This document shows, piece after piece, positions 1-9,600 of a stretch of 55,869 nucleotides of DNA; within the stretch, counting starts at the first letter, position 1, and every line of letters starts with the position of its first letter. The position numbers were made by a program, and so were the translations under genes. This DNA comes from Rhodothermales bacterium (GTDB taxonomy: Bacteria > Bacteroidota > Rhodothermia > Rhodothermales > JAHQVL01), in NCBI GenBank assembly GCA_041738655.1, contig JBGSPJ010000169.1, forward strand, positions 1-55,869, read 5' to 3'. The notes under the pieces were generated by a model. The model did not search any database and was not told where the DNA came from. It saw nothing but the letters and a program-made list of their open reading frames with translations.

Positions 1-1248
1 CGCATCCAGCGTCACATCCACCGTCAGGCGATCGCGCACCGGGTTCGGAAACAGGTCGACCGCCGACACGGCGAACCCGCGGGGCGCGTCCTCGAGGGCC
101 GTCGAGGTGCCGTAGTTGAAGAGGCTGCGCGCGGCATCCTCCCAGCCGGCGCCGTTCCATGATTGCGTGAGTGAGACCGTGATGTCGTTATCGCCGTCGA
201 ACGTATTTACATCGCGATCCTCGTTCACCCAACCCGAACCATCCCACAATTCGTATAGAATTTGCGTGTCATTGCCGGCTCCGTCGTAGGTGTACGTTTC
301 ACGTGCGACTGGCGAGAAGTCGCCAGTCAAAAAATCGGCCGCTTCCTGTACCCCCTGGATGATGCGACCCTGATCGTCGAACGTCGTCACGTCGCGAGAA
401 ATGGAAAACCAATCTTCGCCGGTCCAGAACTGGCTCGTTGTCGTCGAGGTATCGTCGGACCATACGGTCTCGAGCCGGGTGCCGTTCGTCCAGACTTGCT
501 CGGTTTTATTGTAGGTTTCCGTCACCGTTTCCGTCTCGCGGTCCTGATCGTCGTACGATGTCGTGGCGCGGGAGGAATTAACCCACGCGCCCTCCTCCCA
601 GAACTGGTTGGTAGTCACCGACTCGTTGGAACCGTCATCGTAGGTTGTCTCCGAAGACGTGAAATTGACCCAGGCGTCGTTTTCCCAGATCTCGGTGAGC
701 GACGTCGACTCCCGACCGTCGGGCTGGAAGGTAAACGTGCTGCGCGTCATATTTAACCAATCGGCTCCGTCCCATTCCTGGAGCAGAAAGCCGACTTCTT
801 GCCCATCGGCGAAGGTGAACTCAGACCGGAACTCGTTGACCCAGTCCGTCCCGTTCCAGCGCTGCGCGGTTATAACAGCAGGAATCTCGGCTTCCGCATA
901 GGCGAGCAAAAAGCGGGTGCTGTCGGTCCAGGCGCCGCCGACCCAGTACTGATCGACGATGCTGGTGAGCTGTCCGTCCGCCGAAACCAGGCGCAGGTCG
1001 GGTAGCAGGTTCAGGCCGGCCAGCAGGAGGCAACGCGCCGGGCCGTCGGCCGGGAGCACGCGATCCAGGGCCGCCACCCGCTGTTCGCGCGAGGCTTTCG
1101 AATACGGCGCGGCCGGGGCGATGTGGGCGCCAATGCTGGCGCGGAACGCCGCGGCGGGAACGGACGTCTCGCAGGACTGCGCGTTCGCCGGGCGAGTCGC
1201 GACGAGCGCGAGGAATACCAACAGGAGTGTAGTAGCGATGCGTTTCAT
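1..1248 (-). CDS. Secreted repeat protein ending in a T9SS-type C-terminal sorting domain; 3' end cut by the window edge
   Basis: Not in the supplied ORF track because it has no stop inside the window. I checked all 416 minus-frame codons from the ATG at 1248 down to nt 1 and found no stop; an in-frame stop lies upstream at 1261-1263. N-terminus MKRIATTLLLVFLALVATRPANAQ is a signal peptide. At least 8 copies of a W-x4-W-[VL]-N-x2-R-x3-[TF]-[YF] module are present (QRWNGTDWVNEFRSEFTF, QEWDGADWLNMTRSTFTF, NQFWEEGAWVNSSRATTSY, ELWDGSGWVNEDRDVNTF). The last residues in the window, VDLFPNPVRDRLTVDVTLDA, look like the start of a Por/T9SS CTD. Confidence 0.65.
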   Translation of the reverse strand, partial: MKRIATTLLLVFLALVATRPANAQSCETSVPAAAFRASIGAHIAPAAPYSKASREQRVAALDRVLPADGPARCLLLAGLNLLPDLRLVSADGQLTSIVDQYWVGGAWTDSTRFLLAYAEAEIPAVITAQRWNGTDWVNEFRSEFTFADGQEVGFLLQEWDGADWLNMTRSTFTFQPDGRESTSLTEIWENDAWVNFTSSETTYDDGSNESVTTNQFWEEGAWVNSSRATTSYDDQDRETETVTETYNKTEQVWTNGTRLETVWSDDTSTTTSQFWTGEDWFSISRDVTTFDDQGRIIQGVQEAADFLTGDFSPVARETYTYDGAGNDTQILYELWDGSGWVNEDRDVNTFDGDNDITVSLTQSWNGAGWEDAARSLFNYGTSTALEDAPRGFAVSAVDLFPNPVRDRLTVDVTLDA

Positions 1249-1479
1249 AGGGGTATGAGATTAACGGTGCGTGAGCGGAATGGCCAGAGCGCTCTTTCTC
1301 TCGAGGTAGAGGATTTCCAATACGATCCCCCCATCCCGATAGTACCGCGAAAAGCGGAGAGAGACAATACTGCACAGGCGAACGGCCGATCATATCGCCC
1401 GCCATATGTCTTGTTTGGATTTACCCCGTAAGAATCTTAAGCTTCTTCCCCCACCTAACCGTCTTCTCAAAGAGGTGTT

Positions 1480-3039
1480 ATGGCGAACGCCGTGGACAAC
1501 AAGCCGGCTCACTCCGGGCTGCTCAATCGTTTTCTGACCGGCATCGAGGTCGTGGGCAACAAGCTGCCCGACCCCTCGATGCTGTTCCTCATCGCCCTGG
1601 TCGTCGTCTGGGTGCTCTCGGCCCTGCTCTCCCCGATTGCGTTTACAGACATCGACCCGCGCTCGGGCGAGGGCATCCGGGTGAACAACCTGCTGACGGG
1701 GTCCGCGCTGACGACGTTCATGGCCAGCATGGTCACCATCTTCACCAGCTTCGCGCCCCTGGGGGTGGTGCTGGTGGCGATGCTGGGGGTGGGCGTGGCG
1801 GATCAGGCCGGCTTCTTCAACACCAGTATCAAGCTGCTTCTGCAGCGTACGTCCGTGAAGCTGCTCACGCCGATGGTCGTGTTCGTGGGCCTGCTGAGCC
1901 ACAGCGCGATCGACGCCGGCTATGTGCTCGTCATCCCCCTCGGCGGCATCATCTTCTACGCGGCCGGCAGGCATCCCGTGGCCGGCATCGCGGCGGCCTT
2001 TGCCGGAGTTTCGGGGGGATTTAGCGCCAACCCGGTGCCTGGCGCTCTGGACCCGCTCCTCCAGGGATTCACTCAGCCGGCGGCGCAGATCATCGATCCC
2101 TCCGTGCTCGTCAATCCCCTGGGCAACTACTTCTTTACGTCCATCTCCAGCCTGTTGATCGTCAGCCTTGCCTGGTACGTCACGGATCGGATCGTGGAGC
2201 CGCGGCTGAACCGGACGAGCCCGGTCGACGCCGACGCGGAGAAGGCGCCGGCGATGGATGTAATCGCACCCCGCGAGCGCAAGGCGTTCTGGTGGGCTGT
2301 CGCGACGATGGGGGTCGGGGTCGTGGCGCTGGTGCTGGCGATGCTGCCGGCCGGCTCCCCGTTCCGCGACGCCAACGGCTCGTTGAACTCGTTCCAGGCG
2401 CCGATCATGCAGTCGATCGTCCCCCTCATCTTCCTCCTGTTCCTGATCCCAGGGGTGGTGTATGGGTATGTTGCCGGCGTCTTCACGAAATCGAAAGACA
2501 TGGTCGACGCCATGACAAAGGCGATGAACGGGATGTCGTACTACATCGTGATGGCCTTCTTTTGTTCGCTCTTTGTCTACGCCTTCGGCCAGTCGAACAT
2601 CGGCGCGTTGCTCGCGCTCAAGGGGGCGTCGCTGCTAAAAGCACTGGCGATGCCGGGCTGGGTGACGATCCTGGGCATCATCCTGCTAACGGCGTTCGTG
2701 AACCTGTTCGTCGGCTCCGCCTCGGCCAAGTGGGCGCTGCTCGCGCCCATCTTTGTCCCGATGCTCATGCAGGTGGGTATCTCCCCCGAACTCACGCAGG
2801 CCGCCTACCGCGTCGGCGACTCGTCATCCAACATCATCACGCCGTTGATGCCGTACTTCCCCCTCGTGGTGGTGTACTGCCAGCGGTATGTAAAAGCCTC
2901 CGGCATCGGCACCCTTACGGCCATGATGCTGCCCTACACGGCAGTGTTCCTGGTGTGCTGGACCGCCTTCCTGATCCTCTATTGGACAAGCGGCATCCCC
3001 CTGGGCCTCGGGGCATTCTACACCTACCCGGCGCCGTGA
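1480..3039 (+). CDS. AbgT family transporter (p-aminobenzoyl-glutamate transporter family)
   Basis: 519 aa polytopic membrane protein. The N-terminal LLNRFLTGIEVVGNKLPDPSMLF and the overall pattern are typical of the AbgT/MtrF family. Confidence 0.85.
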   Translation: MANAVDNKPAHSGLLNRFLTGIEVVGNKLPDPSMLFLIALVVVWVLSALLSPIAFTDIDPRSGEGIRVNNLLTGSALTTFMASMVTIFTSFAPLGVVLVAMLGVGVADQAGFFNTSIKLLLQRTSVKLLTPMVVFVGLLSHSAIDAGYVLVIPLGGIIFYAAGRHPVAGIAAAFAGVSGGFSANPVPGALDPLLQGFTQPAAQIIDPSVLVNPLGNYFFTSISSLLIVSLAWYVTDRIVEPRLNRTSPVDADAEKAPAMDVIAPRERKAFWWAVATMGVGVVALVLAMLPAGSPFRDANGSLNSFQAPIMQSIVPLIFLLFLIPGVVYGYVAGVFTKSKDMVDAMTKAMNGMSYYIVMAFFCSLFVYAFGQSNIGALLALKGASLLKALAMPGWVTILGIILLTAFVNLFVGSASAKWALLAPIFVPMLMQVGISPELTQAAYRVGDSSSNIITPLMPYFPLVVVYCQRYVKASGIGTLTAMMLPYTAVFLVCWTAFLILYWTSGIPLGLGAFYTYPAP

Positions 3040-3055
3040 GGGGGGCAGGGGGGTG

Positions 3056-3820
3056 TCACTGCTTCAACTCCTCCAGCCACTCCTTCAGCCGGCCGTTGTT
3101 CGGGTTCAGCTCGATCGCTTTTTCGACGCTCCGGATCGCCGCCGGCGTGTCCTCCTTCGCGACATAGGCCTCGCCCATGACCGCATAGGTCTGGCTGGAG
3201 GCCGGGAATAGCTCGGCGTTCATCGTCAGAAAGCGCAGTGCTCCGTCCGGGTTTTCGGCGTCGAGCAGCTGCTGGGCGAGGCGGACGAGCGTCGGCTCCT
3301 GGAAGTTGTACGAGAAGCCACCCAGGTACTGCTCGCGGAGCCGCTGGTATTCGACGGCGGCCTCCTCGACGCCTTTCTCGGTCACGTAGTCGGCCAGCAT
3401 ATCCTCCAGCAATTCCGGACGCGTGACGCCGCGGTGGCAGGTTTCGCAGGTCACATTCAGCTTTTCGCCATCCCCGGGGGCCGTCGCGATGAAGTCGGTA
3501 TTGACGCTGTGCACCATCCGCATCATCACACGGGAGACTTCCTTCACCTCCTTGTCGTCGGAGGCAAAGTCGAAGGTCGACGGCGGCTTACCCTCTTCGC
3601 CGACGTGGCAATACAGGCAGCGGACGCCCAGCGCGCGGGTAAACCCTTGCATAACGCGACGGACCTCCGGCAGGGGCATGTCCTCCGGCAGCACCTTGAG
3701 GTTTTTGGCTTTTTCGTCCTGCCCTCCAGGGCCCGGCTGTGCACGGGCGACGGTGACGAGGGCCGCGAGCAGGAGGCTCATGAGCGCGACACGAAGGGAA
3801 ATCCGATACAGCATGGTCAT
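3056..3820 (-). CDS. Secreted dihaem c-type cytochrome (reaction-centre cytochrome c subunit-like fold) fused to C-terminal TPR
   Basis: Signal peptide MSLLLAALVTVARAQ. Two CxxCH haem motifs sit in the context typical of the CytoC_RC family (MQGFTRALGVRCLYCH and VTCETCHRG). The C-terminal region SSQTYAVMGEAYVAKEDTPAAIRSVEKAIELNPNN is TPR-like. Confidence 0.7.
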   Translation of the reverse strand: MTMLYRISLRVALMSLLLAALVTVARAQPGPGGQDEKAKNLKVLPEDMPLPEVRRVMQGFTRALGVRCLYCHVGEEGKPPSTFDFASDDKEVKEVSRVMMRMVHSVNTDFIATAPGDGEKLNVTCETCHRGVTRPELLEDMLADYVTEKGVEEAAVEYQRLREQYLGGFSYNFQEPTLVRLAQQLLDAENPDGALRFLTMNAELFPASSQTYAVMGEAYVAKEDTPAAIRSVEKAIELNPNNGRLKEWLEELKQ

Positions 3821-3995
3821 ACGGGTGATGGGTGTGACGACGGGTGAGACGATGGATCGGCCTCAAGGTAATCGCTCTCGGGCTCCCATTCAAGGCACCC
3901 GGTGATGCCCCTTTGCATGAAATGCCGCGATGGCGTCTGGCATCTGACATCCCGGTGCATTTTATTCCGGCACATTCCCACAAGCAACGCCGACT

Positions 3996-5372
3996 ATGGA
4001 TTTCGTGCTCCTGGCCATTCTGGGCTACGTTCTGATGCAGCTGGGCATTGGAGCCTTTATCTCCCGGCGTATCAAGACCGAGGAGGACTACCTGGTCGCC
4101 GGCCGTAGCCTCGGGTATGGACTTACGACGTTCACGCTGTTCGCCACCTGGTTTGGGGCGGAGACCTGTATCGGCGCGGCCGGCGCTGTTTATTCCGAGG
4201 GGTTGTCCGGCGGTAGCGCGGATCCGTTCGGATACGCCCTCTGCATCCTGCTGATGGGCCTGGTGTTCGCCGTCCCGATCTGGAAGCGCAAACTGACAAC
4301 GCTCGCCGATTTGTTCAGGCAGCGCTACTCGACCACGGTCGAGCGCACGGCCATTGCGTTGATGATCCCGGGGTCGATGTTCTGGGCCGCCGCGCAGATC
4401 CGGGCCTTTGGTCAGGTGCTTTCGGCCTCGTCGGGGATCGATGTCGAGCTGACGATCTCGATAGCCGCCGGCATCGTCATCGTCTACACCATGTTCGGTG
4501 GCCTGCTGGCGGATGCATGGACGGACCTGGTGCAGGGCATCGTGCTCATCGCCGGCCTGGGTACGTTGTTCTTCCTGGTGACGGGCGGACAGGAAGAGGG
4601 GATCACCTCGCTCATCCGCCCCGAGCAGCTCAATCTCTTCGGTGGGCCGGAGGTGGGCTGGCTGGAGATCGTCGAGACCTGGGCGATCCCGATCATCGGG
4701 TCGGTCACGGCGGCCGAGTTGCTCACCCGCGCCATCGCGGCACGCTCGCCGCAGGTCGCCCGGCGTTCCGCGTTCATGGCCGGCGGCATCTATCTCGTCA
4801 TCGGGCTCATCCCGGTCACCATCGGCCTCATGGGGGCCGCGCTGATGCCCGATCTCGAAAACCCCGAACAGCTGCTCCCCCTGATCGCCGAGCACTACCT
4901 GCCCCCCATCCTCTACGCCCTGTTCAACGGCGCCCTCATCTCGGCCATCCTATCCACGGTGGACAGCGTCCTCCTGGTGGCGGCTTCCCTGCTGTCGCAC
5001 AACATCATCGTTCCCCTTCGCCCCGATCTGTCCGAGCGCCAGAAGGTGATCATCGCCCGCGCGTCGGTGGCGACATTTGGCGTGCTGGCCTATGTGATGG
5101 CCGTGCGCGCCGAAGGGGTCTACGCACTGGTGGAGGAGGCTTCCGCGTTCGGCAGCGCCGGGCTGTTCGTGATCATCGTATGCAGTCTGTTCATTCCCTG
5201 GGGCGGGGTCTACAGTGCGATGACGGCGCTATTGATGGGGATCGGATCGTGGGTCCTTGGCGCGTACATCCTCGACGCGCCCTATCCATTTATCTCCTCC
5301 CTACTGGCGGCCGGCGGTGGGTATCTGCTGGCCGCGCTGGTGGAAACCCGAATCGCTCGGGCCGCGGGCTGA
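3996..5372 (+). CDS. Sodium:solute symporter family (SSF) transporter
   Basis: 458 aa and multi-TM. N-terminal signature DYLVAGRSLGYGLTTFTLFATWFGAETCIGAAGAVY is characteristic of SSF permeases. Confidence 0.85.
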   Translation: MDFVLLAILGYVLMQLGIGAFISRRIKTEEDYLVAGRSLGYGLTTFTLFATWFGAETCIGAAGAVYSEGLSGGSADPFGYALCILLMGLVFAVPIWKRKLTTLADLFRQRYSTTVERTAIALMIPGSMFWAAAQIRAFGQVLSASSGIDVELTISIAAGIVIVYTMFGGLLADAWTDLVQGIVLIAGLGTLFFLVTGGQEEGITSLIRPEQLNLFGGPEVGWLEIVETWAIPIIGSVTAAELLTRAIAARSPQVARRSAFMAGGIYLVIGLIPVTIGLMGAALMPDLENPEQLLPLIAEHYLPPILYALFNGALISAILSTVDSVLLVAASLLSHNIIVPLRPDLSERQKVIIARASVATFGVLAYVMAVRAEGVYALVEEASAFGSAGLFVIIVCSLFIPWGGVYSAMTALLMGIGSWVLGAYILDAPYPFISSLLAAGGGYLLAALVETRIARAAG

Positions 5373-5373
5373 G

Positions 5374-5730
5374 TCAACGATACCGCATTCGGGTGCCGTG
5401 TGTGAACGAGAGCAGGATCTCGTCCGCCGAAAGCGCTTCCGGGAAGTATACACCCGAAATCTTGGCGGCGTGTATGCTGGCGCCTTCCAGATTGCAGGAT
5501 CGCAGATCCAGACCGCGCAGATCGGCCTGGCGGAAGTAGCCGTTGCCGAAGTTGATGTTGTCGGCATCGATGCCCCGCAGGTCGAGCCCGCGAAAATCCA
5601 TGCCGGAGAAGTCGTAGCTGGAGAAACCTGCCCGCTGGGTGTTAAACTCTTTAATCAGCCGCAGCCGGATCAACTGGTAGAGCCGATCCTCGGCAATGGC
5701 GGGTTCGACGTGTGTCATATCGTACCTCAC
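5374..5730 (-). CDS. Pentapeptide repeat protein
   Basis: Runs of A(D/N)LxG-type pentapeptides: DFSGMDFRGLDLRGIDADNINFGNGYFRQADLRGLDLRSCNLEGASI. Confidence 0.8.
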   Translation of the reverse strand: MRYDMTHVEPAIAEDRLYQLIRLRLIKEFNTQRAGFSSYDFSGMDFRGLDLRGIDADNINFGNGYFRQADLRGLDLRSCNLEGASIHAAKISGVYFPEALSADEILLSFTHGTRMRYR

Positions 5731-5821
5731 GCGTTGGTAAATGGAGTGCGACGGCCGGCCGGCAAGCCGCTTCCGTCACGCGCAACGGGTACGGGTGGAC
5801 AACAGGCGTGCCAGCCACGCC

Positions 5822-6238
5822 TCAACCACCGTTCGATGGCGGAATCAGCGTCGCCTCGCCTCCCACGCTCATCTTGCCCCCGCAATAGACGTAGATCTTG
5901 GCGCGGATATGTTTTCGATTCTCTACCTTTTCGGCAATCTTTACCTCTACGGTAATCTCGGAATCGACGACAACGGGGCGCAGAAACTTGGCCGACAGGG
6001 CCACCGCCACGCTGCCGGCCCCCGGAAAATCGCGGCCGAGTACTTTCGACACGATGCCGAGCAGAAAGACGCCGTGCACGATGGGCTTGCCGAAACTCGT
6101 CGTCGCGGCATAGGCCGGATCGATGTGGAGCGGGTTGTCGTCGCCGGACACATCGGCGAACGCCTGGACGTCGGCCTGGGAGATGGTCCGCGTGAACGAA
6201 AAGGTGTCTCCTACCTGGAGCGTTTCGTAGGTGTGCAT
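5822..6238 (-). CDS. MaoC-like (R)-specific enoyl-CoA hydratase / hot-dog dehydratase
   Basis: FADVSGDDNPLHIDPAYAATTSFGKPIVHGVFL is the hydratase 2 motif of MaoC/PhaJ hot-dog proteins. Lies 9 nt downstream of the GT4 gene. Confidence 0.8.
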   Translation of the reverse strand: MHTYETLQVGDTFSFTRTISQADVQAFADVSGDDNPLHIDPAYAATTSFGKPIVHGVFLLGIVSKVLGRDFPGAGSVAVALSAKFLRPVVVDSEITVEVKIAEKVENRKHIRAKIYVYCGGKMSVGGEATLIPPSNGG

Positions 6239-6247
6239 CTTGGGAGG

Positions 6248-7399
6248 TTATCGATTCGAGTGGGAGGTGGTCATCTGACTGAAAATGCGTTCGGCCACGG
6301 CATCCCAGTTCGATTCCTTCACGACACGCTCGCGCCCCTGCCGGCCGAGCCGGCGCGCAAAGTCCGTGTCCGTCAGCAAACGGAGGATGCCGGCCGTCAG
6401 CCCCTCGACATCGCCGGGCTCAACGAGCAGGCCCGTCTCTTCGTGGCGGACCGCGTCCGGGATCCCACCCGAATACGTACCCACCACGGGTTTTTCGCAG
6501 GCGTTGGCTTCGAGGAACACGATGCCGAAGCCTTCGACCTCGGGAGGTTCGCCGCGGCACGGCATGGTGACGACATCGGCCGCGTTATAATACTGAACGA
6601 TGTCGGCATAGTCGACCCCCGGTAGAAACCGAACGTGCGGCGCGATGCCGAGCGACAGGGCGAGTGCTTCGAGGCGGGCGAGGTCGGGGCCGTCGCCCAC
6701 CACCACATACATCAGATTAGGAACCTCGCGCACCAGGGCCGGCAGCGTCTGAAGGGTGGTATCCACCCCTTTTCGAGGCACGAGTCGGCATACGGTGAGC
6801 AGCACCATCTTCCCGTTCAATCCCAGCCGATCCCGCAGCGTCGCCGCATCCCGGGGAGCGAACAGGGTGGGATCGGTGCCATTGTTCACGACCGTGATGC
6901 GGCCGGCATCGACCCCCGCCTCGCGGAGCAAGTCGCCGGTATAGACGCTGACCGGGAAAAGATGCTCGGCGTCGGCGAAGACCCGGCGGCGCAGCCCGTT
7001 GTAGCCGGCACGGACAACACCCGGCGCCCGGCTGGGCTCAAACAGTACCTCGCGACCGTGAACGGCAACGAATACACGCGCGGGCGTCCCGAAACGATGC
7101 ATCAACACGACCGGCAGCGCCGAAAACCACTGGGCACAGAACGCGGTGTCGAGCCGGCGCTGGCGTGAAAGGCGCGCGGCGTGGCGGGCCGCCTGAAACG
7201 GAAACCAGTCGCTGGTGGTCGGCACCCGGTACACGTCGAAAGGCAGCCTGGCATCCAGCTCCGCGGCGCGGGGGTGGTCCGGAGCGAGCACGACCAGGTC
7301 GTCCGTCCAGTCGGCGAATCGACGGGCCAGCTCGCCGGCGTACGTCTGAATCCCCCCCAGCTCCGGCGGGAAATCTTGCGTAACTAACAACAACCGCAT
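6248..7399 (-). CDS. Glycosyltransferase family 4 (GT-B fold)
   Basis: MRLLLVTQDFPPELGGIQTY N-terminus. C-terminal EGFGIVFLEANACEKPVVGTYSGGIPDAVRHEETGLLV is the E-x7-E retaining GT4 motif. Confidence 0.85.
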   Translation of the reverse strand: MRLLLVTQDFPPELGGIQTYAGELARRFADWTDDLVVLAPDHPRAAELDARLPFDVYRVPTTSDWFPFQAARHAARLSRQRRLDTAFCAQWFSALPVVLMHRFGTPARVFVAVHGREVLFEPSRAPGVVRAGYNGLRRRVFADAEHLFPVSVYTGDLLREAGVDAGRITVVNNGTDPTLFAPRDAATLRDRLGLNGKMVLLTVCRLVPRKGVDTTLQTLPALVREVPNLMYVVVGDGPDLARLEALALSLGIAPHVRFLPGVDYADIVQYYNAADVVTMPCRGEPPEVEGFGIVFLEANACEKPVVGTYSGGIPDAVRHEETGLLVEPGDVEGLTAGILRLLTDTDFARRLGRQGRERVVKESNWDAVAERIFSQMTTSHSNR

Positions 7400-7728
7400 C
7401 AGGTCATCCTCATCCTTCCTTAGACTCCAGACCGCCGGTCACACGGCGCCCTCTGACGAGCCCTCGAATCCTCCGCCTCCCCGCGTTCGCCCGGGGTGCC
7501 AGTGGGGACCCGAAGAGAGGCGTCGTACCATTGTTGGCGGGAAAACTGATAGACATGGTGGAGAGTATACGCGATTGCGTGGCAGATAAAAGCGCCGCGA
7601 TATCGCTGGTCTTTTCGGAGTAAAAGGTTCTGGTGGTATCCGATGTACCACCTTGGTACCGACCGGATCCCTGGCGATACTCCCCAATACCGTTCCCACC
7701 GCCGGCGGAGGCGAAGGAGTCAATCAGC

Positions 7729-8664
7729 ATGCACCAAACTACGCTTCGCGACCGATGGAGCGCCTTTTCGGCCACCCGTGCGGGGCGCTACACGATTCGC
7801 GCGGCGCGAACGGCCTTCACGTTCGGTATCGCCCTGTACTTGATCGACACGTTGCGCGACATAGGCTGGGCGGATATCACGGCGACCATGCCCACGCATC
7901 CGCTCTTTTATGTGTGCGGCCTCCTCGTCTACCTCTCGATTCCGTTGACTGACGTACTCACCTATAGCAGGGCCTGGGGCCAATCGCTCTGGTTCGGGAT
8001 GCCGGCGTTCATCCAGAAACGCATCTACAATCAGGATGTACTGGGGTACTCGGGCGAGGTATTTTTCGCCGGCTGGGCCCAGAAAAAGCTACAGCTCCCA
8101 TTATCGGACGTGCTGCGCACGGTTCGCGACCACAACATCCTCTCGTCGGTCGCCTCCACACTCATCGCCATTGGCCTTGTCGCGCTGTACCTCTCCGCCG
8201 GCGAGATCCGGTTGTCGGACCTCTTGGGCCGGCGCGCCCTCGCCATCTCCCTGGCCGCCGGCGCCGGGCTGCTCGTCCTCATCCCTGTCGCCATCCGGTT
8301 TCGGCGCTACCTCTTCGCCATGCCGCGCCGGCTGGCATTGACGATCTTCGCCATCCAGTGCGGACGCCTGCTCGCCGGCCAGGCCCTGCGCATCGCCCAG
8401 TGGAGCCTCGCCATGCCAGACGTGCCGATCCAGGTCTGGTTCTCACTCGCTGCCGCCGCCCTCGTCCTCAGCCGCATCCCCATCGTTCCGAGCCAGGACC
8501 TCCTGTTCCTGGGTATTGGCGTAGAGATGTCCACCCTACTGGGCGTTTCGGAGGCCGCCATGTTCAGCATGCTGGCCGTTTCCAGCGCCGTCGACAAGCT
8601 GCTAAACCTCACGCTCTTCGGCTATTTTTCCATCCGTGATTTCGGCCAAAAAACGCCTGAATGA
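7729..8664 (+). CDS. Polytopic inner-membrane protein, possibly flippase-like (UPF0104/LPG-synthase TM-like)
   Basis: The track ORF begins at 7633. I prefer the ATG at 7729 (MHQTTLRDRW), preceded by GAAGGAG 9 nt upstream. About 8 hydrophobic segments. The family assignment is only a weak impression. Confidence 0.55.
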   Translation: MHQTTLRDRWSAFSATRAGRYTIRAARTAFTFGIALYLIDTLRDIGWADITATMPTHPLFYVCGLLVYLSIPLTDVLTYSRAWGQSLWFGMPAFIQKRIYNQDVLGYSGEVFFAGWAQKKLQLPLSDVLRTVRDHNILSSVASTLIAIGLVALYLSAGEIRLSDLLGRRALAISLAAGAGLLVLIPVAIRFRRYLFAMPRRLALTIFAIQCGRLLAGQALRIAQWSLAMPDVPIQVWFSLAAAALVLSRIPIVPSQDLLFLGIGVEMSTLLGVSEAAMFSMLAVSSAVDKLLNLTLFGYFSIRDFGQKTPE

Positions 8665-8788
8665 CAGCCTTTTTGATCCGTCTGGAAACAACGGCGGACC
8701 CTTCGCCCTAGAACTAGCACACCACCACTGAACGATTGGTCCCTCAGTTGCGCATCCGTTCCCCGATTGAACGAGAAGACAACACACC

Positions 8789-9511
8789 ATGGTTGGAAAG
8801 TTACTGGCGCCGGTTGGCCTGTTGATCATGCTCACCGGCATTACCCCCCGATCCGCGGCCCCTTCGGTACAGGACATCACGATCGACGACTTCGAATCCT
8901 ACTCCGACGGCAGCCTCCCCACGCGCTGGAAATACCTCCAGGAACGCGAACTCGTCTGGCTCGACCCCAGCCACATGCGACCGAATGAGCGGTTTTATGT
9001 GACGCAGGAGCACGGCAACAACTTTTTGCGGGCCTACACGCACGACGAGGCGGTTCACCTCACGATGGTCAATGAAAGGGAAGGGTTCGATTGGGACCTT
9101 CGCACACATCCGGTGCTTCGGTGGGACTGGCGCGCGCTCCAGCTTCCTCAACAGGCTCGCGAGGATAACGAACAAACAAATGACACCGGCCTCGCGCTGT
9201 ACGTGTATTTCTCGTTCGAAGGGTTTATCATCAAGCGGCCAAAAGGAATCAAATACACCTACAGTTCCTCGCTACCGGTCGGGACAGTGCTCAAACAGGA
9301 TAAGCTGCGCGTCCTTGTGGTAGCCAATGGCGCCGAGGGTTTTGGCCATTGGATGCGGATGGAGCGCAACATGATCGACGACTACCGCGCCGTCTTCGGT
9401 GAAGAGCCGCCCGATCGGCCGCTCTCGATCCGCCTTTGGAGCGATTCGGACAACACCGGCGATTTCGGTGAAGGCGATTTTGACAACATCACGCTTGTGC
9501 CGGGCTTGTGA
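8789..9511 (+). CDS. DUF3047 domain protein (secreted)
   Basis: Signal peptide MVGKLLAPVGLLIMLTG. WKYLQERE...FYVTQEHGNNFLRAYTHDEAVHL...LRWDWRALQLP...NDTGLALYVYF matches the DUF3047 pattern as I remember it. Confidence 0.65.
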   Translation: MVGKLLAPVGLLIMLTGITPRSAAPSVQDITIDDFESYSDGSLPTRWKYLQERELVWLDPSHMRPNERFYVTQEHGNNFLRAYTHDEAVHLTMVNEREGFDWDLRTHPVLRWDWRALQLPQQAREDNEQTNDTGLALYVYFSFEGFIIKRPKGIKYTYSSSLPVGTVLKQDKLRVLVVANGAEGFGHWMRMERNMIDDYRAVFGEEPPDRPLSIRLWSDSDNTGDFGEGDFDNITLVPGL

Positions 9512-9600
9512 CGGCCACGGCGCCCGTTTCCGGCGTCTCGCATACAGCCGCATCCGGAAGGATGTAATCCACCACACCGCCGGCAACGAACAGGAGAATC

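Noticed and set aside
1249-1479. Possible riboswitch or leader in the 230-nt spacer upstream of the AbgT transporter gene
   Set aside because: I could not recognise any known riboswitch consensus or a convincing terminator/antiterminator pair by eye. It is most simply a divergent promoter region.
3588-4895. 435-aa ORF on the minus strand
   Set aside because: It is antisense to the well-supported sodium:solute symporter gene. The product is an Arg/Gly/Pro/Asp-rich low-complexity string typical of non-coding frames in high-GC DNA.
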